Below are positions 6,471 through 14,612 of a DNA stretch of 36,924 nucleotides, in pieces. The DNA is from a virus: the IMG/VR virus record IMGVR_UViG_3300031951_000561; one strand, written 5' to 3'. Numbering within the stretch: the stretch's first letter is position 1; each line of letters begins with the position of its first letter. The notes beneath the pieces were generated by a model that did no database searches, had not been told where the DNA came from, and saw nothing but the letters and a program-made list of their open reading frames with translations. Both the position numbers and the translations under genes were made by a program.

Positions 6471-6875
6471 TCACCTCATATTGGCTCGAATCCACTGTTG
6501 ACACGCAATGAGCTGCTGGGTCTGCAACTCGGCATCACAAATCATTTTGGTAACATCTTCTCCCAAGTCCCCAGAAAATCCTTTTGAGCTGGCTCCTGCA
6601 TCACATCTGCCGGTGGGACAAATGAACAGGCGACCGGAGGCGCGCAGGCGGAGGTCATTGCAGCGATTACGGCTAATGCCATAGAGTTTCTGTAGTTCAT
6701 GGGATACCTCGTTGTTGATTTTTAGGTTGCGCTCGGTGGCTTTAAGTCTGGCTTCCTGCCATGCGTCTTTCTCGCTGTTCATGCCGTTTAGGTATCCCCA
6801 TGCGTACAGCACGACGCAAGCGAGGATAACGGCCAGCGGCTTCCAGTATTTAATTATCACGGGTAATACGGGCAT
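6471..6875 (-). CDS. Rz: i-spanin (Rz-like), 134 aa
   Basis: N-terminal TM segment (PLAVILACVVLYAWGYL) and a coiled-coil periplasmic part. Sits after the muralytic gene and contains an embedded lipoprotein ORF. Confidence 0.7.
   Translation of the reverse strand: MPVLPVIIKYWKPLAVILACVVLYAWGYLNGMNSEKDAWQEARLKATERNLKINNEVSHELQKLYGISRNRCNDLRLRASGRLFICPTGRCDAGASSKGFSGDLGEDVTKMICDAELQTQQLIACQQWIRANMR
6542..6700 (-). CDS. Rz1: o-spanin (Rz1-like lipoprotein) embedded in the +1 frame of Rz (52 aa; 46 aa from ATG 6682)
   Basis: Hand translation gives MNYRNSMALAVIAAMTSAC|APPVACSFVPPADVMQEPAQKDFLGTWEKMLPK. It has a signal peptide with a lipobox-like TSAC and a Pro-rich mature part. Confidence 0.65.
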   Translation of the reverse strand: MNYRNSMALAVIAAMTSACAPPVACSFVPPADVMQEPAQKDFLGTWEKMLPK

Positions 6876-7500
6876 ATATCGCCAATCCTATGCCCAGCAG
6901 GGCGATAACAAGAAACACCGTTTTAATGGTCTCTGAGTACATGGCGAGCGGCTCAATCTGCGTTGCTGTTTCGTTAATTACAGCGGTGGCGGTCACCATT
7001 GTACCCGCAACGGTGCTTCCTGCTATGGTGCGGCTTTGTGTTAGCGGTTTAGGTGGAGGAACGGTAATATTGGCCATTGCTATACCAGCGCTTATTACAT
7101 CATCGGAATAGGGCTGCATGCCGTTTTCGTGCTTAATAATTGCAATTACCATTCCTTTCATTACGCGGTAATCGGTAACATCAATTGCGTCATCGGGCTG
7201 CGCACCAAGCGAATCTGCTACCGCCTGAATATAAGCGCCAGTACTGTTTTCGGATGGGGGCGCCCACCTGTTTATAAGCTGCCTTACAGTTTTTAATTTG
7301 TGCTTTGCCTGATAAGTTATCAGTAATCGGCATAGCGCCCTAATGCCATATTCCGGCTTTTGAAAGCGAGCGAATCTTCCTTGAGGCTCAACTGGCGGAC
7401 TATCAAGACCGCGCCACTTGTTGTTTTTGCTATACTCAATATTGCCGGGATTATTGTTTCTGATGCCGCGCGGCGTGCCCTGTTTCTGACTAGCAATCAT
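6850..7500 (-). CDS. RNNNPGNI-motif putative muralytic enzyme with C-terminal TM anchor (216 aa)
   Basis: GIRNNNPGNIEY...PEYGIRALCRLLITYQ...INRWAPPSEN...IIKHENG is a pattern I recall from phage proteins labelled 'structural protein P5'-like. C-terminal TVFLVIALLGIGLAIYARI. Located between a TM protein and Rz. Confidence 0.45.
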   Translation of the reverse strand: MIASQKQGTPRGIRNNNPGNIEYSKNNKWRGLDSPPVEPQGRFARFQKPEYGIRALCRLLITYQAKHKLKTVRQLINRWAPPSENSTGAYIQAVADSLGAQPDDAIDVTDYRVMKGMVIAIIKHENGMQPYSDDVISAGIAMANITVPPPKPLTQSRTIAGSTVAGTMVTATAVINETATQIEPLAMYSETIKTVFLVIALLGIGLAIYARITRDN

Positions 7501-7501
7501 A

Positions 7502-7786
7502 TCACTTCACCTTTCCCAGAAAATTCTTAATATCAACCGCCACCGTTGTCAGATAATCTATCCTGTCATGAATTCTGGTAAGGCTCTGCTGCACCGTGGT
7601 CTCTTTCGCGTATTCATTCGCCACCTGTGTCTTGAAATTCGCCAAATCAATCTGGCAGTCTTTGTGCTGCTCTTTGAGCTTGCTTACGTCTGCAACAACC
7701 TGCTTTGTGAAAAACGCTATGATTGCCATAAGGGTGGCCATGAGACCTTTGGTGAGCCAATCAATCAAACCGTGTTCTTCAATCAT
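7502..7786 (-). CDS. single-pass membrane protein, holin candidate (94 aa)
   Basis: ATG 7786 overlaps the upstream TGA. Has a TM segment GLMATLMAIIAFF followed by a coiled coil, directly upstream of the muralytic gene. The GTG-extended ORF to 7852 was rejected. Confidence 0.4.
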   Translation of the reverse strand: MIEEHGLIDWLTKGLMATLMAIIAFFTKQVVADVSKLKEQHKDCQIDLANFKTQVANEYAKETTVQQSLTRIHDRIDYLTTVAVDIKNFLGKVK

Positions 7787-8019
7787 AGCGGCGGCTCCGG
7801 CAGGATGTAGCCTACCGTCAATGCGTCTTTGCGCTGCGCAGAAGGAAACCACTCGGCTGGGAAATAATCCGGTGCTACCAGCAGAAACTTGCCATTGTGA
7901 GAAATAATAGAACTACAGGTCTGCGAGGTGTCATTCGGAAACCCTGCGATGGAATCGGCGTAAGCGATGGCAGCTTCAGCCTCTGCTCGTGTGTTGTATA
8001 CGATGTATTTCTCGGTCAT
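7783..8019 (-). CDS. hypothetical protein (78 aa)
   Basis: ORF track with ATGA coupling on both sides. Confidence 0.6.
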   Translation of the reverse strand: MTEKYIVYNTRAEAEAAIAYADSIAGFPNDTSQTCSSIISHNGKFLLVAPDYFPAEWFPSAQRKDALTVGYILPEPPL

Positions 8020-8780
8020 GCTAACCCCGCGTATTTTGCTCTGAGAATTGAATGAAGCGCTGCACGCTGCGCTGCTGATGGCGAGCCCGTCACTAAGCCA
8101 AATTCAAAGAATCTGGCAGTCGAGGTTGCCGAGCCGAGTGCTGCACCGATGGCGGCGCGGTCGAGGTTGCCGCGTGCGTTTGAGTTCACAAAGTTCTGAG
8201 CGTCGGTGTTGTTGGCGTAAAGCGTTAAATTCGCACCGTTCGCTTGTGGAACAAAAGCCGAGGTGGCCGCCAGTGTATTCACAGGAATGTTGTTGGTGTG
8301 GCCGCGATAGTTGCTTGGATGCCATGCGCCATGGGAGTCCGCACCCGCAAATGTTGAGGTGTAGGGAAGAAAGCCGAGTGGTACACTATACCATTGCTGG
8401 CTGGCCGCAGCGCTGTTGGAAAGCGAAATCAGCTGCCTGTTCGCTGTATAAGTTGGTGCCGCTCTCCATACCACCCACGTGAAAAGGTCACCAGAAATTG
8501 CAGTAAGGTTGCCCAGAAGAAACTGACTGCCAGAAGCCGAGATGCACTTAAGCCCTGTGCCGGAATCATTCGCGCTAGTGGGCTGCGTGGCCTTGGTGGC
8601 GTTTGAAAGGTTCTCGGAGCCGAAGCCAGAAGCAAGGTTTATGAGGCTGGAATAGGTCTCGCTGCCCGAAGTATCGAGCGTGCGCCCGGCGGGATTGGTC
8701 GCATCCAGCAACACACGAAGATTCGCGCCGAATATCGATGCGTAGTTAGGCCTTGCGGTATCTCCTAGAAGCAATAGCAT
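8016..8780 (-). CDS. tail-associated protein, possibly concanavalin-A/LamG-like fold (254 aa)
   Basis: Located in the fibre locus. Ser/Thr/Asn/Ala-rich beta-type composition. The fold assignment is a guess. Confidence 0.35.
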   Translation of the reverse strand: MLLLLGDTARPNYASIFGANLRVLLDATNPAGRTLDTSGSETYSSLINLASGFGSENLSNATKATQPTSANDSGTGLKCISASGSQFLLGNLTAISGDLFTWVVWRAAPTYTANRQLISLSNSAAASQQWYSVPLGFLPYTSTFAGADSHGAWHPSNYRGHTNNIPVNTLAATSAFVPQANGANLTLYANNTDAQNFVNSNARGNLDRAAIGAALGSATSTARFFEFGLVTGSPSAAQRAALHSILRAKYAGLA

Positions 8781-9121
8781 TATGCGCCCTCTATGATAAT
8801 TTTTCCGGTCGGCACACCATTAATGGTTTCCGGCTGCCATGGCATAGGTGTGCTGAGGTACTTCTGCTCTAAGCAATCTGGCTTTATTGCAATAAGATAA
8901 TCCCGAGTTGCGGCACTGCGAATAAACAAAGTTATGCACTCGGTTCCAAATGCATCTGCGGCTTGTTGCGGAGTGTATTTTTCGCTAAACCAGAATTCAT
9001 CAAATTCTCGCATAAAGGCGCGACGCACTTGCTCGAACTGCGCTGTTGACCTGCGTGCGCTTAATTCTGCGAATTTTATTGCTTCCTGCTGTGGCGTGAG
9101 TTGTATAGAAAAAAGAGACAT
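8780..9121 (-). CDS. hypothetical protein in the fibre locus (113 aa)
   Basis: ORF track. Its stop overlaps the next start (TAATG). Confidence 0.55.
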   Translation of the reverse strand: MSLFSIQLTPQQEAIKFAELSARRSTAQFEQVRRAFMREFDEFWFSEKYTPQQAADAFGTECITLFIRSAATRDYLIAIKPDCLEQKYLSTPMPWQPETINGVPTGKIIIEGA

Positions 9122-9128
9122 TTAAACC

Positions 9129-10010
9129 TCAAAGATTTCTAAAAGCAATATACCACTCTGAGGGAGTCGCATAAAGGCCAATTGTTGAATATCGATTTAA
9201 TAAGCTTTGCGTAGCTGCCCCATTAATAAGCTGTCCGCTGCCGCCCTGTATTGTCACCGCATTTGCAGACGCGTCTGTTTTTGTAATAATAAATAGCTTG
9301 CCTAATGCGCTTGAAACAAGTGGCATGGTAATAGTTCTTGCACCACCCGAAGCATTAACTCCTATTATTGAATCATGCGGGGCAAAGAATGCTATAGGGC
9401 TGAGTGCGGTATAGTTTGTATTGACTGAGCGGTATTGCCTGCGAAATCCTACCGATCCAGTCAGGTCAATTGCAAGGTCGCCTTTAATAATATTATAAAC
9501 ATCATGAAGCGTGGTTGATCCGCTAGTATCCGTAGATGTCTCATGAAACATTAAGTAAGAAGACGTAATATCGGATGGCGCGTTATAAGTTGCAGACAGG
9601 ATTATGTTTTTAATTGCATTGTCAGCGGTACTTGCCCCTGTGCCCCCATTTTCGATTTTTAATTGGTCTGTGACCTGCGTATCTAAGTTGACTGCGCCAG
9701 ATAATTGATTAAAATTGTAATCACCGTTTTGTGCCGTTACGGTTCCGGTTCTGCCGTAGATACTTTGAACTCCGCCCGATGCGCCTTGTATGCCTTGGGT
9801 TATTACTTCTATTTTTTGATTATTCAGCGTTACGATTTGTGGCGGCAATTGAACCGTTTGAATAGCTGTTTCGTCAATGACAACAGTTTGTGATTGACCG
9901 CCATTTATTTCAACTTGTTGCAAGTTGGCAGATTTAATGCTCTGCAAATAATTTTGATTTATGGTGATTGTATTTTCTTGATTTCTTATAACAACATTAG
10001 TGCCGCTCAT
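9129..10010 (-). CDS. tail fibre / receptor-binding protein (293 aa)
   Basis: ...LKIENGGTGASTADNAIKNI... is a motif typical of phage tail fibres. Beta-rich and visibly more AT-rich than its neighbours. Confidence 0.55.
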   Translation of the reverse strand: MSGTNVVIRNQENTITINQNYLQSIKSANLQQVEINGGQSQTVVIDETAIQTVQLPPQIVTLNNQKIEVITQGIQGASGGVQSIYGRTGTVTAQNGDYNFNQLSGAVNLDTQVTDQLKIENGGTGASTADNAIKNIILSATYNAPSDITSSYLMFHETSTDTSGSTTLHDVYNIIKGDLAIDLTGSVGFRRQYRSVNTNYTALSPIAFFAPHDSIIGVNASGGARTITMPLVSSALGKLFIITKTDASANAVTIQGGSGQLINGAATQSLLNRYSTIGLYATPSEWYIAFRNL

Positions 10011-10369
10011 CTCGCCACCTTTTTATAAAGCAGCAAATCGCCGATAATCAGCGAGGTAACTTTGCCGCTGCCGTCGGTCACATCTATTTCAAACACGCCT
10101 TTATCCTGAGTAAGTGTGCCCGTAGCCGCCGCGCTCATGTTTAGGGTAATGGTTCCCGCCGCGCCGCCGAGTGTGATGCCACTGCCGAGCGATAGGCTGA
10201 TAAACGTTGTAGGCGAATCGATAACCTCCCGCGCCATGAATCTGGCGGCAGTGTAGCCTGTAAGATTGATAGCCGTGCCGTTTTCATCGCGCCATGTGAA
10301 TACGGGGTCGAATGTCGCGCCCTTCACAATGACTAAAGGCTCAGTAGGTGTTCCCGGAATGGTGGTCAT
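10007..10369 (-). CDS. hypothetical tail-associated protein, Ig-like/beta-sandwich-like (120 aa)
   Basis: ORF track with ATGA coupling, located between two fibre genes. Confidence 0.5.
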   Translation of the reverse strand: MTTIPGTPTEPLVIVKGATFDPVFTWRDENGTAINLTGYTAARFMAREVIDSPTTFISLSLGSGITLGGAAGTITLNMSAAATGTLTQDKGVFEIDVTDGSGKVTSLIIGDLLLYKKVAR

Positions 10370-10542
10370 GGTTGTTCCTCTGCCATTACAATTTCTTGAG
10401 TTCTGTGGTCATACAATGCCCCTATATTGGCTTGCACAAACAACACAATATGGCCGGGCGGCGCTTCCCATATCGCGTCTTTTTCAAGCTCGATGATGTT
10501 GACTATTTGGTTGGTGCTTAGGTCGATAAGTGCTGCTTTCAT
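10366..10542 (-). CDS. hypothetical protein (58 aa from ATG 10542)
   Basis: ATG lies 5 nt after the fibre TAA. ORF track 10366-10554. Confidence 0.5.
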   Translation of the reverse strand: MKAALIDLSTNQIVNIIELEKDAIWEAPPGHIVLFVQANIGALYDHRTQEIVMAEEQP

Positions 10543-10546
10543 ATTA

Positions 10547-11665
10547 TTACCCAAATACCGTTATGCGAACCCGGCCAGCTCCGCCAGCAAAACCGCCACC
10601 AGTACCGCCAGCACCTACCGTTACTGTCTCCGATGAAGATAATTCTGAAATTGGCTTGAAGACTGAAGCGTAAGAGCCACCACCACCACCAGCGGCTCCA
10701 GATGTACCAGCTCCGCCGCCGCCCGGCTGCGTTCCCGCTAATCCGCTATTTCCTCCCGCGCCACCATAAACAGATGATCCACCAATTGTATTTCCCGATA
10801 AGTTGTTGCCACCACCACCACCGCCATAAACGCTACCAGATGGCGGGTTAGAAAAATTGGCTCCCGCTCCGCCACCTCCGGTAAAATATCCGGGGGTTGA
10901 TGCTGTCCCCGCAGTTCCACCATGACCAGAACCTTGTCCGCTTGTATCATTTGTTCTTGAATTAGTTGTGCCAAGAAATCCTCCGCCTGCGCCGCCTAAT
11001 AGACCACCAGATGCTGCGCCGCTCCCACCATATGCCGTTACATGAGACCCAAAGCTAGTTGAGCCGCCATTGCCACCAATAACGGAGTTATTTGTTGCTC
11101 CGCTTCCTCCGCCTCCCCAGCATTCGATTAAACACATTGCTGAAGAAGGAAATCCAGACGGTTTTGTCCATGTGCCGGATGTATTAAAGGTTTGGCGATC
11201 AGATCCACTAGAGCCACCTACGCCACCCGCAAGCTGAAACTGCGTGCCGTCATCAATGATTTCATACCAAGCGCCTGATACGATTTCGCCGCCCGTACAC
11301 GCCACGAGTGATGTGCCGGATAGCTTAAAGATATTTCGTGCACCAAGGCCGTTTACGTTGATTGTGGTTGCGCCTGTATTATTTGCTGTTGCCTTAAAAA
11401 TAAGCCGCACGCCATTGGCATAGGCAGCGAGAGCTGGTGTAAGAGTTAGCGTGATAGCGTTTGCCGTGCCGCCTACCGTGCCGGTGATAAATGCGGATTG
11501 TTGTAAATCACGGAAGTTGGGAATCGGAAAGCCGCCAGCCGTGGAGCCGTTGCCAAGACACAAGCGATTGTTTGTTGTGTCAACCACGGCTTCATCTGCC
11601 GCCGGAGTCATAGCGTTGACTTGTGCGTTAGTGCCGCGCCTTAATCGTGTTTGTGTTGCCGTCAT
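10547..11665 (-). CDS. tail fibre with Mtd_N/DUF2793-like N-terminus and glycine-rich C-terminal domain (372 aa)
   Basis: RLRRGTNAQVNAMTPAADEAVVDTTNNRLCLGNGSTAGG is an N-terminal fibre motif. ...CWGGGGSG... is followed by long GGxGG tracts. ATG 11665 overlaps the upstream TGA. Confidence 0.6.
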   Translation of the reverse strand: MTATQTRLRRGTNAQVNAMTPAADEAVVDTTNNRLCLGNGSTAGGFPIPNFRDLQQSAFITGTVGGTANAITLTLTPALAAYANGVRLIFKATANNTGATTINVNGLGARNIFKLSGTSLVACTGGEIVSGAWYEIIDDGTQFQLAGGVGGSSGSDRQTFNTSGTWTKPSGFPSSAMCLIECWGGGGSGATNNSVIGGNGGSTSFGSHVTAYGGSGAASGGLLGGAGGGFLGTTNSRTNDTSGQGSGHGGTAGTASTPGYFTGGGGAGANFSNPPSGSVYGGGGGGNNLSGNTIGGSSVYGGAGGNSGLAGTQPGGGGAGTSGAAGGGGGSYASVFKPISELSSSETVTVGAGGTGGGFAGGAGRVRITVFG

Positions 11666-13653
11666 GCGACTGAACCCCAATCGTTAAATGATGTTACTGG
11701 ATCAGCCACGCCGCCCCAGTCGTTAAAAAATGTTGCTGATGCTGCTACCGAACCCCAATCAAGCGAATTGATAACCCCGCCTGATGACCCGATAAGCGCA
11801 TCTAAAATGGTGACCCAGTTAGAACGCACGCCAAGCACGTTCACGGCGCGGATTCTCAAATCATATTCAATGTTTGGCGAAGTGTTTGGAATATCGGCAA
11901 ATGTTGAATCACCCGAGACGAAAAAGGAAGGCCGCCATTCAGCAATCAATGATTCTTTGAATTGAATCTCAAATTGACCACCATTTCTTACATAGCTGTT
12001 ATTGTAAGGAGCCCACGTCAAAACAAGGTTATAAACGGTATCACCGCCGACCGTGCTAACCGCGCGCGACGTGTAAGCAACGCTGCTTGGAACCGCCACA
12101 ACGTAGGGGCTTGGCAGGTCGGTATCCGGTGCGCTTGCTATCGCTTCCGCATCGCTTGCCGTCCAGTCATAAGACGTTGCGTTTTCTTCTCTTAGTTCAA
12201 GCGTCACGCCTTGGCGCAATTCGTAATTGAATGATGTAATTCTAAACGGTTTTTCTACCCATCCGCGCGCGGCATTGCTCACTTTTACCACATCCCACAC
12301 CGCAAACTGTAATGCCTTGTAATTACAAGGCATGGTGATGGATATTTGTTCGCGGTTCTTGCGAAGGATTGTCTTTGCTATGCGCTGCGCCGCTTCGCCA
12401 TCCGTGGTAAATGGCAAATCAATTTCGGTGAAGATTCGCTCGCCATTATCCTGCGCTTGAAATGCCGCGCTTGTAATGGCTGGAAAATCATCATTCTGCC
12501 AATTCTTAGCAGGGTTGGTATATCTGCCCTTTACCGCATTAAACAGGCTCTGACGCTCTATTCTGTTGCGCGTACGCATCGCGCCGGAAAGCCATGATTC
12601 ATCTATCACGGCGGCTTCCGGTGTATTATATGCGCCTGCGTAAATTCTAAACTGCCCTTTAGGCGTTGCTACCGTACCCACCATCGCACTTAGAAGAATC
12701 TCAAGATTATCAAGAACGGGTTGCTCGGTATCCAATGCGCCGTTGCAGGTGTAACGCGGGATTGTAGAGCTATCGAGCTTTGTGATTAGTTCATCGCAGA
12801 TATTGGCCGCAGCAATCGTGTAGCTGTCATCTATTTCGCCTGCGCCTGCGCCAAACCCGTAAGGAATATTTACGTTATCTCTGCTGGTCAGGTAATCGCA
12901 TGCAACAAGCGCGGCGTTATTTGACCATGCAACCAGTGTTGTGCGCGGGTCGTAAACCTTTTTGCCGCGCAGCACTACGTTAACCGTCGGGATCCCATTT
13001 ACAAACACGTCAGGATTCCATTGCATCCTGATATAGCTGTAACAAAGTCCGCGCAGCCGATGGTCTGCCGTCCAATTAGTGCATTCCGCTTGCATTTGCG
13101 GAATGGCGGTCTGTGTATCCGTTCCTAGCCGGTGTATTATTCTAACGTAAGATTTGCCGTCTTTTTTATACGGGGCTTCATTCACGAAGCCACCCGCATC
13201 AAGCGTAACTAAATCATCGTTGATATATACCTGCTCTACCGCGTCGCACTCATGGCCTGCATGGATAATCGCCATGTGCAGGAATAAATTATCGCCCGTT
13301 TGTGTTGCGCCATCAGAATCAGGCGCGCTCGGATAAGTCTCGATATAGGCCAAATGGCCGCCTACACGGGTTCTGCCGTAAACAATCTTCTGGCTTGCAT
13401 CAGATAGCCTGACCACCTGACGGAATCCGTCGTCAAACGAACCCCCGCCACTACTAGCCGCACGGGATTTCTTGCCCCCGCCTATTACTGCCCCGCCGAG
13501 CCGATTGACCGCAAAGCCTACAACGCCGCCTGCAATCGCGCTGCCCAGCGCGCCAGAGCCTAAATAAAAGCTCCCGAAAGCGAATACCGTAAGCGACGAC
13601 GAGGCCGCCGCCGATGCAGCAGCAGCGGCGACAGCGACAGCGACCGGAGGCAT
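11662..13653 (-). CDS. central tail tip / host-specificity protein (gpJ-like, Phage-tail_3 plus FN3-like), 663 aa
   Basis: ...VYGRTRVGGHLAYIET... and ...YDLRIRAVNVLGVRSNW... are gpJ-like signatures. Size and position fit a gene downstream of the tape measure and tip proteins. Confidence 0.65.
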   Translation of the reverse strand: MPPVAVAVAAAAASAAASSSLTVFAFGSFYLGSGALGSAIAGGVVGFAVNRLGGAVIGGGKKSRAASSGGGSFDDGFRQVVRLSDASQKIVYGRTRVGGHLAYIETYPSAPDSDGATQTGDNLFLHMAIIHAGHECDAVEQVYINDDLVTLDAGGFVNEAPYKKDGKSYVRIIHRLGTDTQTAIPQMQAECTNWTADHRLRGLCYSYIRMQWNPDVFVNGIPTVNVVLRGKKVYDPRTTLVAWSNNAALVACDYLTSRDNVNIPYGFGAGAGEIDDSYTIAAANICDELITKLDSSTIPRYTCNGALDTEQPVLDNLEILLSAMVGTVATPKGQFRIYAGAYNTPEAAVIDESWLSGAMRTRNRIERQSLFNAVKGRYTNPAKNWQNDDFPAITSAAFQAQDNGERIFTEIDLPFTTDGEAAQRIAKTILRKNREQISITMPCNYKALQFAVWDVVKVSNAARGWVEKPFRITSFNYELRQGVTLELREENATSYDWTASDAEAIASAPDTDLPSPYVVAVPSSVAYTSRAVSTVGGDTVYNLVLTWAPYNNSYVRNGGQFEIQFKESLIAEWRPSFFVSGDSTFADIPNTSPNIEYDLRIRAVNVLGVRSNWVTILDALIGSSGGVINSLDWGSVAASATFFNDWGGVADPVTSFNDWGSVA

Positions 13654-14043
13654 CTAAACCCCCCAGCCATATTCACATTGAAGTGTAGACACATATTCAA
13701 GGCCGCTTTGTTGCATAAACACAGATTTTATGCCCTCGCAAATGCCTACCGCGCCATTGAACATCACTATATCGCCACGCCCGATGCGCGGAATTGGTTT
13801 TGCTGGCAGCCGTTCGTCTATCATTTCAGTGATGCTTGATTTGCCGCTTCCCGCGATAATCGCTTGCGCTTCCGCCTCGTTGTTATAAAGCCCCGCCCAT
13901 TCGCTGTAGAATGTGCTGCCGGTTGCTATATCAACCCATTTTGCAGCCCATAACGTGCAATCATTCTCGCCCCAGACAAACGACAGGCCTTGAGAATCTG
14001 CGATATATTTAGCTAAAGCAGACTCCCAGTTGTCGATTCTCAT
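13654..14043 (-). CDS. small tail-tip protein, possibly NlpC/P60-like peptidase (GTA gp14-like position), 129 aa
   Basis: ...WGENDCTLWAAKWV... offers a candidate catalytic Cys. Position matches GTA-like tail modules. Confidence 0.4.
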   Translation of the reverse strand: MRIDNWESALAKYIADSQGLSFVWGENDCTLWAAKWVDIATGSTFYSEWAGLYNNEAEAQAIIAGSGKSSITEMIDERLPAKPIPRIGRGDIVMFNGAVGICEGIKSVFMQQSGLEYVSTLQCEYGWGV

Positions 14044-14612
14044 ACGGTGCGCCTGCCCCAGTTGATTTCTTTTTGTGCAGCTTGGTCGATAAATTCTAAG
14101 CCCCTATCGCCGGGAAAGCGTGATTTTTGATCGGTATCGGTATAACGCCTAACAACGGGTCTATCCCATTGCGCCACCCTGCTTTCGGCTGTGATGGTTA
14201 CGGACAGCGTGTCGCCTTCCTCAATTTCGGAAACGTCAAGCAGGCCGCTATCAAGTAAATCTGGCGTTGCTACAAGCAGGCCCGTAGCGGGGTCTTTGAA
14301 TCCTAAATAAAGATTAGCTTTTCTGCCTTGGTAACCGTCGTCATCAAGCACGAGTGCGATCATCGCGCTAGGGATGCCGGTGAGGGTGTAAACCAGCGTG
14401 CGGCGCTGAAGCTCTGACGTTTCTTCAACCGCTGAAACACTGCCTAGCGTACTAACGCCAAGCCAATCAAAACCACCCCAGTTGATTGTTCCTAAAGAAG
14501 TGTGCGCGCGAACAAAGCCCGATGGAAAATCAAGCTCGGCAAATAATATCGGCTCACCAATAGAGTTTTTATTAACTTCAGTAACCGCTGCGCTGGCTAA
14601 ATCTCTGCTCAT
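14040..14612 (-). CDS. minor tail protein (DUF2163/GTA gp13-like position), 190 aa
   Basis: ATG 14612 overlaps the upstream TGA. Synteny with the tail-tip genes. Confidence 0.5.
   Translation of the reverse strand: MSRDLASAAVTEVNKNSIGEPILFAELDFPSGFVRAHTSLGTINWGGFDWLGVSTLGSVSAVEETSELQRRTLVYTLTGIPSAMIALVLDDDGYQGRKANLYLGFKDPATGLLVATPDLLDSGLLDVSEIEEGDTLSVTITAESRVAQWDRPVVRRYTDTDQKSRFPGDRGLEFIDQAAQKEINWGRRTV

Noticed and set aside
6481-6500. A GGCTCGAATCC string resembling a tRNA T-loop.
   Set aside because: No acceptor, D or anticodon arms can be drawn around it. It lies inside the Rz coding sequence.
7787-7852. GTG-initiated N-terminal extension of the holin-candidate ORF (track 7502-7852).
   Set aside because: The extension overlaps the upstream gene by 70 nt. 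The internal ATG 7786 gives a canonical ATGA stop-start overlap.
10738-10974. Alternative-frame 78-aa minus-strand ORF inside the Gly-rich fibre gene; also 28239-28439 and 28636-28974 inside dnaB, and 22535-22936 inside the protease gene.
   Set aside because: They are same-strand overlapping frames within well-supported genes. They are composition artefacts, with no SD or coupling.
10547-11665. Possible diversity-generating retroelement target, because of the Mtd_N-like fibre N-terminus.
   Set aside because: There is no reverse transcriptase, no template/variable repeat pair and no accessory gene anywhere in the genome.
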